Part shown: positions 1-9,410 of the stretch, piece by piece
Layout: each line of letters starts with the position of its first letter
How positions within the stretch are numbered: position 1 is the first letter of the stretch
Source: a virus
Lineage: Duplodnaviria > Caudoviricetes
Virus record (IMG/VR): IMGVR_UViG_3300049924_000050
Location: 1-38,024 of that record
Reading direction: 5' to 3' (one strand)
Length of the DNA stretch: 38,024 nucleotides
Notes under the pieces: model-generated
Database searches by the model: none
The model's input: the letters and a program-made list of their open reading frames with translations, nothing else
What the model was told of the DNA's origin: nothing
Program-made: the position numbers and the translations under genes

Positions 1-2
1 GC

Positions 3-33
3 TATAATAGTAATAGAGGAGATAACCACCCTC
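3..33 (+). promoter_or_regulatory. -10 box followed by a 5' leader hairpin with AGATAACCAC loop
   Basis: TATAAT at 3-8; GAGG(16-19)-AGATAACCAC-CCTC(30-33); ATG at 42. Confidence 0.5.
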
Positions 34-41
34 GAAACATT

Positions 42-131
42 ATGGACAAAAAATACTACGTTTCTAATGGTTACAAATTAATGACTAAAGAAGAATTAAT
101 TAATAAAGTAACAAGTTCTTTTAAGAAATAA
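42..131 (+). CDS. Small hypothetical protein (29 aa, MDKKYYVSNGYKLMTKEELINKVTSSFKK)
   Basis: Read manually; follows promoter and leader; TAA-T-ATG junction with the next gene. Confidence 0.55.
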   Translation: MDKKYYVSNGYKLMTKEELINKVTSSFKK

Positions 132-132
132 T

Positions 133-684
133 ATGAAATCACACAAATACAAAACAGGGCGTAGAGTTATGAACTGGAGAGTAGGAGTAATCATCTTAAC
201 AATTATTAGTATTCTAGTTCTTTCACATTATGGAAACAAAGATAATACTTATGTAGCAGAGCATGAAGTATCTGTATACATGACAGCTACAGTAGTAGAT
301 CACCCAGAAGATGAAAGCATTGAGACAAAGATCAGAAAGTACTTTAAAAAGTCACACGTTACGATGCTTGCAATAGCTAAGGCGGAATCTGGGCTAAAAC
401 CAGATGCTATAAATTACAATTGTTGGTATACGAAAGATGGTAAAATAAGTACTACATATGTAAAGAATGGTGGAAGAACCTGCAATGTAGAGGACAGAAA
501 ATATAGCTTTGGTGTGGACTGCTTCGTGCTACAAGCGCACTACCCAGGAAGAAAGTCATGCCCTACAGATGTAACTATAGATGAACATTTACAAGAAATG
601 GCAGAACTTAGCAAAAAACGTTCTTTTCAGCCTTGGGTAACTTATAACACAGGGTCTTATAAAAAATATTTAGCAACTAATTAA
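133..684 (+). CDS. Membrane-anchored lytic transglycosylase-like (SLT/lysozyme fold) protein
   Basis: N-terminal hydrophobic helix; MLAIAKAESGLKPDAIN catalytic-Glu motif; C-terminal FQPWVTY. Confidence 0.7.
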   Translation: MKSHKYKTGRRVMNWRVGVIILTIISILVLSHYGNKDNTYVAEHEVSVYMTATVVDHPEDESIETKIRKYFKKSHVTMLAIAKAESGLKPDAINYNCWYTKDGKISTTYVKNGGRTCNVEDRKYSFGVDCFVLQAHYPGRKSCPTDVTIDEHLQEMAELSKKRSFQPWVTYNTGSYKKYLATN

Positions 685-731
685 TATTCGTGCCTGGACG
701 CAGACAATCAGGCAGGAGTAACACAAAATAT

Positions 732-953
732 ATGGCAACAAAGAAAACAGTTACAAAGAAGAAGGTAGTTAAAATCTTAGACGAAGTAGGAGTAGACAAC
801 GATCCAGGTATAGATGTACCAGTACACGCTAGAGGGCTTACATCTAAATGGAACTTTGAAAAGAAACCCATGTCTCTCACAGACAAAATCACATGGGTAC
901 TAACAGTAGTGAACGTAGCGATACTTATTACACTTGTAATCCAAAATATATGA
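732..953 (+). CDS. Hypothetical protein with C-terminal transmembrane helix
   Basis: ATG at 732 preferred to GTG at 690; hydrophobic C-terminus; ATGA overlap with the next gene. Confidence 0.7.
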   Translation: MATKKTVTKKKVVKILDEVGVDNDPGIDVPVHARGLTSKWNFEKKPMSLTDKITWVLTVVNVAILITLVIQNI

Positions 954-1144
954 AAACACTCATGGTTCCAATACGTACAGATCGACTGGTAACTAAAGAA
1001 GATATACAGTACGCAATAGTAAACAGAGAAGAACAGTTAGAAGGAATAAGATACCATGTTCCTGAGCTTAGAAAGAAGGCAGTAAACGTAAAGTTAAAGG
1101 AAGGGGCTGGTTTATGGTGCTTTATTACTGGGTGTTTACCTTAA
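950..1144 (+). CDS. Hypothetical protein
   Basis: ATGA overlap start at 950 (MKTLMVPIRT). Confidence 0.65.
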   Translation: MKTLMVPIRTDRLVTKEDIQYAIVNREEQLEGIRYHVPELRKKAVNVKLKEGAGLWCFITGCLP

Positions 1145-1155
1145 ATTGTAAAGAA

Positions 1156-1551
1156 ATGAAAACAAACAACAAATGCCCCTCTTGTAAATCACCTAACTAC
1201 ATAGTAAGTGTATTCGGTAGTATCTGTCAGATTTGTTACTACGACTCTTCAAAAGAAACACTTTCCCCACAACCAGAAGAGTGGCAAAAGGCGTTTTTAG
1301 ATGCTGGTACTTACGAAACAGGTACAGACTTATCTTGTATGATTGGCATCGTGTCTAAAATACTTGAAACCGAGATTCGTAAGGCAGAGGAGAGAATGCT
1401 CCAAAGATTATATGTTGGAGACATAAAAGAAGCGGAGTTCGAAGCGTTGAAGAACGGAACTGGTGCAGTCCACTTTATGTTTGGATTCAGATACGCTAGA
1501 AACAACTTACAAAAGCAAAAAAGTGATATTTTAGAAGCCCTTAAGAAGTAG
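1156..1551 (+). CDS. Hypothetical protein with N-terminal zinc ribbon
   Basis: CPSC...CQIC; likely start MKTNNK at 1156. Confidence 0.7.
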   Translation: MKTNNKCPSCKSPNYIVSVFGSICQICYYDSSKETLSPQPEEWQKAFLDAGTYETGTDLSCMIGIVSKILETEIRKAEERMLQRLYVGDIKEAEFEALKNGTGAVHFMFGFRYARNNLQKQKSDILEALKK

Positions 1552-1809
1552 ATGTATATGAAAAGTAATTATGTAAGTGTTGGAAAAACAATAGCTTGTA
1601 GCCACTGTAATACAGAAAATATGTTTGAACCAGTAGAAAAGTATGGGCTAATTTGTGAATGTATATGCCATACCCCACATACCATGCAAGAAGAAATAAA
1701 AGCACTTAAAGAAAATATAAAGTTTTTAGAATCACAAAGATTTTACGATAGGTTAGGAATGACGATTGCAACGATATTATGGTTTGTATTATTCTTATTA
1801 GTTAAATAA
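1552..1809 (+). CDS. Hypothetical Cys-rich protein with C-terminal TM helix
   Basis: CSHC and CECIC motifs; hydrophobic tail; abuts the previous stop. Confidence 0.65.
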   Translation: MYMKSNYVSVGKTIACSHCNTENMFEPVEKYGLICECICHTPHTMQEEIKALKENIKFLESQRFYDRLGMTIATILWFVLFLLVK

Positions 1810-1811
1810 CC

Positions 1812-2135
1812 ATGCAAGAAAAGACATTAGAAGAAGAGTTAAAAGATTTAACATGTGTAAATGGTGCGATGTACTTTGGAGCAGTTGAAGAACCTTGCTC
1901 TGGAAGAGAAACAGGTGAGTGTTGTCAGAACGAACAGACATATAAAGAAGCATTTAGTGAGTTACTCTCCTTCATCTCCTCCCGTGAAGAGAAAGCAAGA
2001 GAAGAAGGTAGGAAGGAAGCAATACAACAAAAATCTGAGTTGCTATATCCAAATGAAATCATCACCCAATACAAAGAAGAGCTACTAGTTAAACTGAAGT
2101 CTAAAGGGTTTGACATTAGTGAGTCAGACTTGTGA
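1812..2135 (+). CDS. Hypothetical protein
   Basis: ORF tightly packed in the operon. Confidence 0.7.
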   Translation: MQEKTLEEELKDLTCVNGAMYFGAVEEPCSGRETGECCQNEQTYKEAFSELLSFISSREEKAREEGRKEAIQQKSELLYPNEIITQYKEELLVKLKSKGFDISESDL

Positions 2136-2140
2136 GATAC

Positions 2141-2169
2141 TTGTAATAGTTGCCAAAAGATTATATAAT
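2141..2169 (+). promoter_or_regulatory. Sigma70-type promoter giving a leaderless HNH transcript
   Basis: TTGTAA(2141-2146)-17 bp-TATAAT(2164-2169); ATG 6 nt later. Confidence 0.65.
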
Positions 2170-2175
2170 GTAGGT

Positions 2176-2643
2176 ATGCCAACAGGAATATATACAAGAC
2201 CTTCTTTGTTAGACAGAATGATGAAATCATACACTGTAAATGACAAAACAGGTTGCTGGGATTGGAAATTATCACTAAATAAATTTGGTTACGGTCAAGT
2301 TAGGTTAAGACACCCAGAAAGAAGAATGGGTAGAGCACATAGAGTTATGTATGAACTACTCAAAGGAAATATTGAAGAGGGTTTACATTTAGACCACTTG
2401 TGCAGAAATAGAAAGTGTATAAATCCAGACCATCTTGAACCAGTAACAGGTAGGACAAACTATCTAAGGGGGATGAGTATTCCTGCACAAAATCATAAAA
2501 AAACACATTGTTTAAGAAACCACCCACTTAGTGGTTATAATTTAATGGTATTTGGTAAACGTAGAACTTGTAGGGAGTGTTGTGTACAAAGAAATAAAGA
2601 ATGGAAATTAAGAGTTAAACAAGCGAATGTCTATCAGAAGTAA
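2176..2643 (+). CDS. HNH endonuclease (HNH_3-like, homing type)
   Basis: CWDW, GYG, AHRVMY, LDHLCRNRKCINPDHL and C-terminal KTHCLRNH...CREC. Confidence 0.9.
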   Translation: MPTGIYTRPSLLDRMMKSYTVNDKTGCWDWKLSLNKFGYGQVRLRHPERRMGRAHRVMYELLKGNIEEGLHLDHLCRNRKCINPDHLEPVTGRTNYLRGMSIPAQNHKKTHCLRNHPLSGYNLMVFGKRRTCRECCVQRNKEWKLRVKQANVYQK

Positions 2644-2674
2644 AGAAACTACTAAATTAACCAAGCAGTAAGAT

Positions 2675-2872
2675 ATGATAACAATCACAAAAGAAGTAAA
2701 TGAAATTGTATTAGTACCAGAAAACGAAGCAGAGGATGCAATATTAAGGCATTGTAATTTGGGCGAACAAGTAAGGTTTTCTTACAGGTTGCCAAATACG
2801 TCTTTAGACGGGGAAGAGACACCACTACATAAAAAAGAGTTTGTCATTACATTTAGTGATGATGAAGATTAA
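2675..2872 (+). CDS. Hypothetical protein
   Basis: ORF track; co-directional. Confidence 0.6.
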   Translation: MITITKEVNEIVLVPENEAEDAILRHCNLGEQVRFSYRLPNTSLDGEETPLHKKEFVITFSDDED

Positions 2873-2877
2873 CTAAT

Positions 2878-2973
2878 ATGATTGAAACACCAATAGAATG
2901 GATTACAGGGTGTGCATGCCAAGAATGTGTATGTAGGTTTAAGAAGACAGGCGTGGTAATTAAAAATCGGTAG
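2878..2973 (+). CDS. Small Cys-rich protein (31 aa)
   Basis: Read manually: MIETPIEWITGCACQECVCRFKKTGVVIKNR. Confidence 0.4.
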   Translation: MIETPIEWITGCACQECVCRFKKTGVVIKNR

Positions 2974-3196
2974 TTCTTATCTTAACTCTTTTGCATTTAA
3001 CTTTAGAAACATCCAATAGTGGGTGTTTTTCTAGTTCTCCCATGTCAATTAAACATTTAACACAAACTTTTTGCCCATGCCTTGTTTTTGTGTATGAACC
3101 ATTACATTGAGGAGAATTTCCAAGACATTTAAGGCGAGGATTATGGTTTATAATCAGTTCAGTTGTCTGTCGGAAATTAAGCTTGATCTGCTTCAT
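2960..3196 (-). CDS. Hypothetical zinc-finger-like protein, opposite strand
   Basis: C-x6-C...CVKC; own -10 TATACT on the minus strand (3208-3213). Confidence 0.65.
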   Translation of the reverse strand: MKQIKLNFRQTTELIINHNPRLKCLGNSPQCNGSYTKTRHGQKVCVKCLIDMGELEKHPLLDVSKVKCKRVKIRTTDF

Positions 3197-3199
3197 TAG

Positions 3200-3248
3200 T
3201 TATGCACAGTATAAACATAGTTTTGTAAAGATGATACACTGTGGACAA
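3200..3248. promoter_or_regulatory. Divergent promoter pair with two DnaA-box-like sites
   Basis: Minus TATACT 3208-3213; plus TG-A-TACACT 3232-3240; TTATGCACA 3200-3208; TGTGGACAA 3240-3248. Confidence 0.55.
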
Positions 3249-3760
3249 TGGCACACGAAGCACAGAGAATGTTTTTTGAAAATGTTAAGAGTGATTTACC
3301 AGAGTATTTTAAAAGTGTTAAAGTGGTAGATTTTGGTTCTAAAGATTATAACGGATCATTTAGAGATATGTTTACTAACTCTGATTATATTGGAGTAGAT
3401 ATATCAGATGGTAAAAATGTTGATTACGTATCACTATGCCATAAGTTTATTACAAATGAACGGTTCGATACAGTGATTTCAGGGGAAATGTTAGAACATG
3501 ACGAGTTCTGGAAAGAATCTCTAAAGAACATGTACACATTGCTAAGACCTGGTGGGTTACTTGTTATAAGTTGTGCAGGTAAAGACAGACCAGAACATGG
3601 TACAAGAAGAACAGATGGTCATCTATATGGAACCACACAAGATTACTACATGAACTTAGAACCAGAACACTTTAGGGAAGTACTCAAAGAATCTATGTTC
3701 GAAGACTCAGAATGTTTCGATTATAACCAAGACACATACTTTTATGGCATCAAAAACTAA
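3248..3760 (+). CDS. Class I SAM-dependent methyltransferase (Methyltransf_11-like; not a DNA MTase)
   Basis: VVDFGSKDYNG motif I, GVDI..GKNVD, FDTVISGEMLEHD, LLRPGG; no DPPY/NPPY/PC motif. Confidence 0.85.
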   Translation: MAHEAQRMFFENVKSDLPEYFKSVKVVDFGSKDYNGSFRDMFTNSDYIGVDISDGKNVDYVSLCHKFITNERFDTVISGEMLEHDEFWKESLKNMYTLLRPGGLLVISCAGKDRPEHGTRRTDGHLYGTTQDYYMNLEPEHFREVLKESMFEDSECFDYNQDTYFYGIKN

Positions 3761-4148
3761 AACAGAATCAATATACTTACCCCTTAAAGACTTTCCTTAC
3801 CTAGAGAGATATACTTCACAGTTCCAGCTTGATCTAAATGACGTAGCTTTCCCGTACAAAGGTAAAATCTACTCTAACAAGGAACTTCCAGCAGAACTTC
3901 TAGCACATGAAACGGTACACTTTAAACAACAGGAAGAAATAGGAGCTGACGAGTGGGAAGAAAGATACCTAAAAGACGCTAACTTTAGAGTGAAGATGGA
4001 AATAGAAGCCTACAAGAAGCAACTAACTTTTTACACAGCGAACAAAGACGTATACGAAGCAGGAAGAATGGCTATGGCTAAAGTATTGTCATCTCTTATG
4101 TATGGTAATATACTTACATATCAGGAGGCTTATCATTTACTTAAATAA
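3744..4148 (+). CDS. Putative zinc metallopeptidase-like protein
   Basis: LLAHETVHFKQQ (HExxH) and downstream MEIEAY third-ligand motif. Confidence 0.65.
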   Translation: MASKTKTESIYLPLKDFPYLERYTSQFQLDLNDVAFPYKGKIYSNKELPAELLAHETVHFKQQEEIGADEWEERYLKDANFRVKMEIEAYKKQLTFYTANKDVYEAGRMAMAKVLSSLMYGNILTYQEAYHLLK

Positions 4149-4205
4149 CATGGCAAAAGAAGAAAAATATCATAAGAAGGAGGTTAAGAAACCTAAGAAG
4201 GTAAA

Positions 4206-4541
4206 ATGCTAGATAATCCACAAGAACAGGAAAATAACAGCAAAGAATGGCTAAAACCCTGGCAATTCAAACCAGGTGTTTCTGGAAATCCAGGAGGAAG
4301 ACCAAAAGGTTCCATATCTTTAAAGGAATTTGCAAAAAGATATTTAGCAGAAATGTCTGATGAAGAAAAGCTAGAATTTATGAAAGGATTAGATAAAGTA
4401 GATATATGGAAACTAGCAGAGGGTAATCCTCACTCTACATCAGATAATAAGACGGAACTAACTATTCCTCAACCAATTCTAGGAAATGTACAGCTCAACA
4501 ACAGCATTACAGAAGATAACAGCACTAACAAAGAAGATTAG
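4206..4541 (+). CDS. terS: Terminase small subunit (DUF5681-like N-terminal motif)
   Basis: WQFKPGVSGNPGGRPKGS; immediately upstream of terL. Confidence 0.75.
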   Translation: MLDNPQEQENNSKEWLKPWQFKPGVSGNPGGRPKGSISLKEFAKRYLAEMSDEEKLEFMKGLDKVDIWKLAEGNPHSTSDNKTELTIPQPILGNVQLNNSITEDNSTNKED

Positions 4542-5673
4542 AATCTTACAAGGTGGTACTTCATCTTCTAAAACTATATCGACACTGCTATATCTTATTC
4601 ATAGAGCACAGTCTGATAAGTCACCAACACTTACTTCAGTTATTGCTGAATCAGTCCCTCACTTGAAACGTGGAGCGATGAGAGACTTTAAGAATATATT
4701 GATAGCACATAAATACTGGAAAGATGACCTATGGAATGCTACAGACTCAACATACACATTTGAAACAGGCTCACAGATAGAGTTTTTCTCTGCTGATAAT
4801 GCGGCTAAGCTTCGTGGAGGTCGTCGTGATAGAGGTTTTATGAACGAGTGTAACAACATGTCTCTTGAAGCCTTTGATGAAATTGAAGTGCGTACAAAAG
4901 AGTTTATATTCCTTGACTTCAACCCAACAAATGAGTTTTGGGTTTTCACTGACATTATCCCAAAGCGTAAAGACGTAGATCACATCATCCTTACTTACAA
5001 AGACAACGAAGCCCTATCAAACGAGATTGTATCGTCTATTGAATCACGTAAGAACCGTAAAGGATGGTGGCAAGTATACGGGCTAGGCCAACTTGGAGAA
5101 GTGGACGGGAAGATATACAAGGATTGGCAAATTATTGACGAAGTTCCATTTGAAGCTAGACTTGAACGTTACGGGATAGACTTTGGCTACACTAATGACC
5201 CTACTGCTATTGTGGCTATTTATCGTTACAATGGTGGCTTTATTGTGGACGAGGTAACTTTCCAGAAAGGATTAAGCAACAGGCAGATAGCAGATATCCT
5301 ACTCAACGAAAGACGAGAGCTTGTGATCGCAGACAGTGCAGAACCTAAAAGTATAGATGAGATAGCTTCTTACGGAATATCAATAGTTGGTGCTGATAAA
5401 GGTCCAGATTCTGTCAGAAATGGCATACAATTAGTCCAAGACCAGCGTATATCTATGACTAAACGCTCTATAAACATAATCAAAGAGTATCGTAACTATC
5501 TATGGAAGACTGATAGAGACGGCAAGATACTAAATGTACCAGAGTCAGGCTTTGACCACTCCATGGATGCACTAAGATATGCAATAACTACACTTATACA
5601 AAACGCTTCTGATCCCTTTGCTATGATGAGGATTCATGAGAAACGTAAGAGCAAGAATCTTGCCTATGATTAA
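4486..5673 (+). CDS. terL: Terminase large subunit (PBSX-like family)
   Basis: QGGTSSSKT Walker A, FMNECN Walker B variant, DFNP, GIDFGY, ADSAEP, DHSMDALRY. Confidence 0.95.
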   Translation: MYSSTTALQKITALTKKIRILQGGTSSSKTISTLLYLIHRAQSDKSPTLTSVIAESVPHLKRGAMRDFKNILIAHKYWKDDLWNATDSTYTFETGSQIEFFSADNAAKLRGGRRDRGFMNECNNMSLEAFDEIEVRTKEFIFLDFNPTNEFWVFTDIIPKRKDVDHIILTYKDNEALSNEIVSSIESRKNRKGWWQVYGLGQLGEVDGKIYKDWQIIDEVPFEARLERYGIDFGYTNDPTAIVAIYRYNGGFIVDEVTFQKGLSNRQIADILLNERRELVIADSAEPKSIDEIASYGISIVGADKGPDSVRNGIQLVQDQRISMTKRSINIIKEYRNYLWKTDRDGKILNVPESGFDHSMDALRYAITTLIQNASDPFAMMRIHEKRKSKNLAYD

Positions 5674-5675
5674 AT

Positions 5676-5689
5676 TGTGCTTGATACTT
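5676..5689 (+). promoter_or_regulatory. Putative late promoter TGTGCTT-GATACT (identical copy at 11059-11072)
   Basis: 14-nt exact repeat TGTGCTTGATACTT just upstream of the portal and adaptor ATGs. Confidence 0.6.
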
Positions 5690-5694
5690 GACGT

Positions 5695-7548
5695 ATGGAA
5701 CTAACAAACATCTTTGATACCATCCGAAAGGAGCGTTATGACTTTTTGAATAACGAAATTACTATTGTAGGATGGCCTACACACTCACAGTACGCAACAA
5801 TTAAGAAAAATCACCTCTACTATACTTCTCATTTTGAGAATGGAGACTACGAAGTAATCAACGGTGTCACGCGAAAGAAGCACTTTCATAACATTAACTC
5901 TTGGAGATGTGATGTTGCTACAAAGATGCTCGACATAGACTTTAAAGACTTTCTTCTTGTTGGCAATGACCCAGCGCAGGATGTAAACGTAATGCTCCTC
6001 GAGAAAGAGCTAAAGCATTGGATGAAGCGTGAGAAATGGGGGAAAATCCTTAACCAGGTATCTGAGAAACTACCAGTACAAGGATCAGTTGTGCTTCGTA
6101 AGTATGGTAATGATGAGGCTAAGGTAGTTGACCTACGTTACCTTTACAATGACCAGAGTGCTGAGTCTCTCAAGTGTGCTCGTTATATCATCATCCGTAA
6201 CCTAATGGATGCTAACGAGCTTCGTAAGATGAAAGGAAAGTGGAACAATGTTCAGGATGTGCTCGACAACTTCGATGATTATTCTGCTGTGGTTGGATAT
6301 GACAATGCTAATGAGTTTGGTGGTAATGCTAACGTTGCAATTACAAAGAACAATACACAGAACCTCGTAGAAGTATGGGAAAGGTGGGGTGAATTTCCTA
6401 AGAGTTGGATCACTGGGAAGTCTCCAGATGAGGATGAATATGTGTGGGGTAAGTTTATTGTCTGTGGAGCTGATGCTGTAACTCGAAATGAGAACGGTAA
6501 TATCACTGCTGAGAATGGAGTTGTTCTATGGTCAGAGGAACTAAACAAAGAAAAGGATTTCCCATTCAAGGAAGTACATTACCGAAAGGTTGATGGTCGT
6601 TGGCTTGGAGTTGGTATTGTCGAGATGACATGGGAGCCACAGCGAAGAACTAATGAGATCAAGAACCAAGAAGCTAAAGCTCTTGAACTTGCTTCTCTTC
6701 AGCTATTCCAGACACGATCAACCAATGTAATGTCTAACATTCTTACTGATGCTGATACTGGAGACATTATCCAGTCTAACAGTGAGATTACACCAATTGC
6801 TACAGAGTCACGTAACCTACAAGGTTTCCAGGTGGCATTTGATGGAGAAGATAAACACGCTGATCGTCTTACTTTCTCATATGATGGGGTTAGCGGTGAA
6901 ACTGCTCCTGCTTCCGCAACACTTGGAGCGCAACAGATCGCAACACAGCAAGCTACTTCTGCTTTCGACTACAAGAAAGAAAACGTCGCACTCTTCTACC
7001 AAGAATATATCGAAGACATTGTACTTCCAGCGCTTGAAAAGGTATTAACACGAGATCATGTGTTCCGTCTTACCGGCTCAATGGAAGAACTAGCAAAGCT
7101 ACGCCAGAATATTGCAGAAAACTATATCTTTAACATCCAAAAGGAGGCTATTCTTAATGGTCAGGAAGTCCCAGACAAGGAAACTCTCATGCAATTGCAT
7201 ATGAAGGAACTACAGAAGCAAGGTGATAAGATTTGGGTATCTGTCCAAAAGGACTTCTTTAAGAATCTTGATTACTATGTTGACCTTGTTATTTCAGGTG
7301 AAAACAAGAATATCTTTGCTACTATTGGTAATGCACAAGCAGTCCTTGGACTTCTACAAGACCCTACAATCCTTCAGGATGCTGGCAAGAAAGCTATTCT
7401 ATTCAAAGTATTATCAAATCTAGGTATGCATACTTCAGAACTACAGGATATTGAAGCTAAAGTGTCTGAACAAGCTCAGCAACAACCACAGCAGATGCCA
7501 CAGCAACCATCACCAATGCAGCCTATAACCGCTCCACAAAATGCTTAA
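5695..7548 (+). CDS. Portal protein
   Basis: 617 aa after terL; WLGVGIVE, SATLGA and Q/P-rich tail resemble P22/T7-like portals. Confidence 0.85.
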   Translation: MELTNIFDTIRKERYDFLNNEITIVGWPTHSQYATIKKNHLYYTSHFENGDYEVINGVTRKKHFHNINSWRCDVATKMLDIDFKDFLLVGNDPAQDVNVMLLEKELKHWMKREKWGKILNQVSEKLPVQGSVVLRKYGNDEAKVVDLRYLYNDQSAESLKCARYIIIRNLMDANELRKMKGKWNNVQDVLDNFDDYSAVVGYDNANEFGGNANVAITKNNTQNLVEVWERWGEFPKSWITGKSPDEDEYVWGKFIVCGADAVTRNENGNITAENGVVLWSEELNKEKDFPFKEVHYRKVDGRWLGVGIVEMTWEPQRRTNEIKNQEAKALELASLQLFQTRSTNVMSNILTDADTGDIIQSNSEITPIATESRNLQGFQVAFDGEDKHADRLTFSYDGVSGETAPASATLGAQQIATQQATSAFDYKKENVALFYQEYIEDIVLPALEKVLTRDHVFRLTGSMEELAKLRQNIAENYIFNIQKEAILNGQEVPDKETLMQLHMKELQKQGDKIWVSVQKDFFKNLDYYVDLVISGENKNIFATIGNAQAVLGLLQDPTILQDAGKKAILFKVLSNLGMHTSELQDIEAKVSEQAQQQPQQMPQQPSPMQPITAPQNA

Positions 7549-7825
7549 ACAACACGCTGAACTTATCGCTAAGAAAGAACAGGAACGAAGAATTGATATA
7601 GGGAGACTAACATCTTACCCAGAGTACTACGTCCTTAAAGAAGAACTTGAAAAGATGGTAGCAACAATGAATACTATCGATAACATCGACGAAGAATCAA
7701 AGATTGAAGTTGCTGTACAAGTTAGAGGAAACAAGATTGCTAAAGAGAAGATACTACGCTTTCTTTCAGACATGGGTGCATACGCAATTAAGTCACAAGA
7801 TACTACTGACAAGAGCTACAACTAG
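7541..7825 (+). CDS. Hypothetical head-module protein
   Basis: Overlaps the portal stop; helical. Confidence 0.75.
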   Translation: MLKQHAELIAKKEQERRIDIGRLTSYPEYYVLKEELEKMVATMNTIDNIDEESKIEVAVQVRGNKIAKEKILRFLSDMGAYAIKSQDTTDKSYN

Positions 7826-7932
7826 TTGCAGTGTGTAAATATGTACTTTACCATTTTAGGTAGGGTATAGTTCTCCTTAAACTAATTTAATATAAAAGAG
7901 TATCGGTCTCTAAAACGTTATCCTTATCATTT

Positions 7933-8400
7933 ATGGAAGAAAATGAAGTACAGGCTCTTGAGAATGAGCAGGAAGTAATCTCACAGGAAGAAACATTATC
8001 GGATGTTGCAACTGATGACAGTGTTACCCTGTCGAAGTCTGAATATTCAAAGCTTAAAAGACAAGCTATTGCATATCAGTCTACGAAAGGTGCAGAAGTT
8101 AAGCCTCGTGCTGAAGCTCCTACCCCTACGGGTTCAGATGACAAGTTGAAGGAATTGGAACTAAAGATTGATGGTTACAATAAAGACGAAATTGAACTCA
8201 TTAAAGAGTTCGGTTACGAAAAAGTTAGTAACCCAATCGTACAGAAAGCTATCGAAGTTATGCGTCAAGAACGCAAGAGCAAAGATGCTGATGTGCAAGT
8301 TGCAAACAAATCAGCAGTGTACAAAAAGTATACTAATGAAGACCTACAGAACATGTCAGTTGAAGAACTTCGTAAAATCCTTCCACACGCTGATAATTAA
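7933..8400 (+). CDS. Putative scaffolding protein
   Basis: Acidic N-terminus, coiled-coil character, directly upstream of the capsid gene. Confidence 0.7.
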   Translation: MEENEVQALENEQEVISQEETLSDVATDDSVTLSKSEYSKLKRQAIAYQSTKGAEVKPRAEAPTPTGSDDKLKELELKIDGYNKDEIELIKEFGYEKVSNPIVQKAIEVMRQERKSKDADVQVANKSAVYKKYTNEDLQNMSVEELRKILPHADN

Positions 8401-8435
8401 GCGTAAGGATTACTAAATTAACTAATTAACTAACT

Positions 8436-9347
8436 ATGGTTTCATTAACAACAGGTTTGACACAAGTAATGCAGACTTTCTACGACAAGAAGTTTCTTGA
8501 TCGTGCTAAGGCTGAACTCCGCCATGATTTCGGAGCACAGGTAAAGAATCATAAGATGAACATGGGTAAGGTAGTACGTTTTACACGTTTTACTCCTCTT
8601 GCTCTCGCTACTACAGCACTTACTGAAGGTACTGATCCATCCCCAGCAGTTGACATGACAGCTACTAACGTAGATGCTACTCTTACTGAATACGGAAACT
8701 ACACTATCGTATCTTCACTCTTCTCAGCTACATCTATTGATGATAACCTCGAAGAGCACGTTGATATCCACGCTACAAACGCTGGTGAAACAATTGACGC
8801 TATCGTTCGTAACGTTCTTTCAGCTGGTGCTACTGCTCAGATTGCAGCAGGTAAGGCTCTTACAGCCGTAGGTGTTACAGACACTCTTACAGGTCTTGAA
8901 ATTCGTAAGGCTGTACGTACTCTTAAGCAAAACAAAGCAAAGCGATTTGAAAACGGATACTTCCGTGGTATTATCCAACCGTTCCAGTCTATGGATCTTA
9001 TGGGTAACTCAGAGTGGCTTTCAGCTTACCAGTACTCTTCACCAGATAGTGATGCTATCAAGCGTGGTGTAGTTGGTAAGATTCACGGTGTAGAGTTCGT
9101 TGAAACTAACCAAGGTTCTACAGAAGCTTCGACCGTTACTATTTACCACACATTCATCTTCGGACAGAATGCATACGGTGTAGTACGTCTTGAGTCTATG
9201 ACTGACCCTAAGGTTTACATCGGACAGGGTGTTACTACAGCTAACCCACTTAACCTTCGCTCAACTGTAGGATGGAGAATGCCATTTACAGCAGTTGTGC
9301 TTAACGCTAACTGGATTATTTGTGTGAAGACAGGCGCTACTGCTTAA
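8436..9347 (+). CDS. Major capsid protein (N4-gp56-like family)
   Basis: LTEG..P, EYGNY, VGKIHGVEFVET, NPLNLRSTVGW; biased codon usage; followed by a strong terminator. Confidence 0.9.
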   Translation: MVSLTTGLTQVMQTFYDKKFLDRAKAELRHDFGAQVKNHKMNMGKVVRFTRFTPLALATTALTEGTDPSPAVDMTATNVDATLTEYGNYTIVSSLFSATSIDDNLEEHVDIHATNAGETIDAIVRNVLSAGATAQIAAGKALTAVGVTDTLTGLEIRKAVRTLKQNKAKRFENGYFRGIIQPFQSMDLMGNSEWLSAYQYSSPDSDAIKRGVVGKIHGVEFVETNQGSTEASTVTIYHTFIFGQNAYGVVRLESMTDPKVYIGQGVTTANPLNLRSTVGWRMPFTAVVLNANWIICVKTGATA

Positions 9348-9366
9348 TCGCAATAGTTATCAACAA

Positions 9367-9392
9367 GACAGCCTTCGGGCTGTTTTTGTTTT
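9367..9392 (+). terminator. Rho-independent terminator after capsid gene
   Basis: GACAGCC-TTCG-GGCTGTT plus T-rich tail. Confidence 0.9.
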
Positions 9393-9410
9393 ATATGGTA
9401 CACTCCAAAT

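Noticed and set aside
4150-4212. Lys-rich 20-aa ORF before terS
   Set aside because: Fills the gap but is too short to support without conservation data
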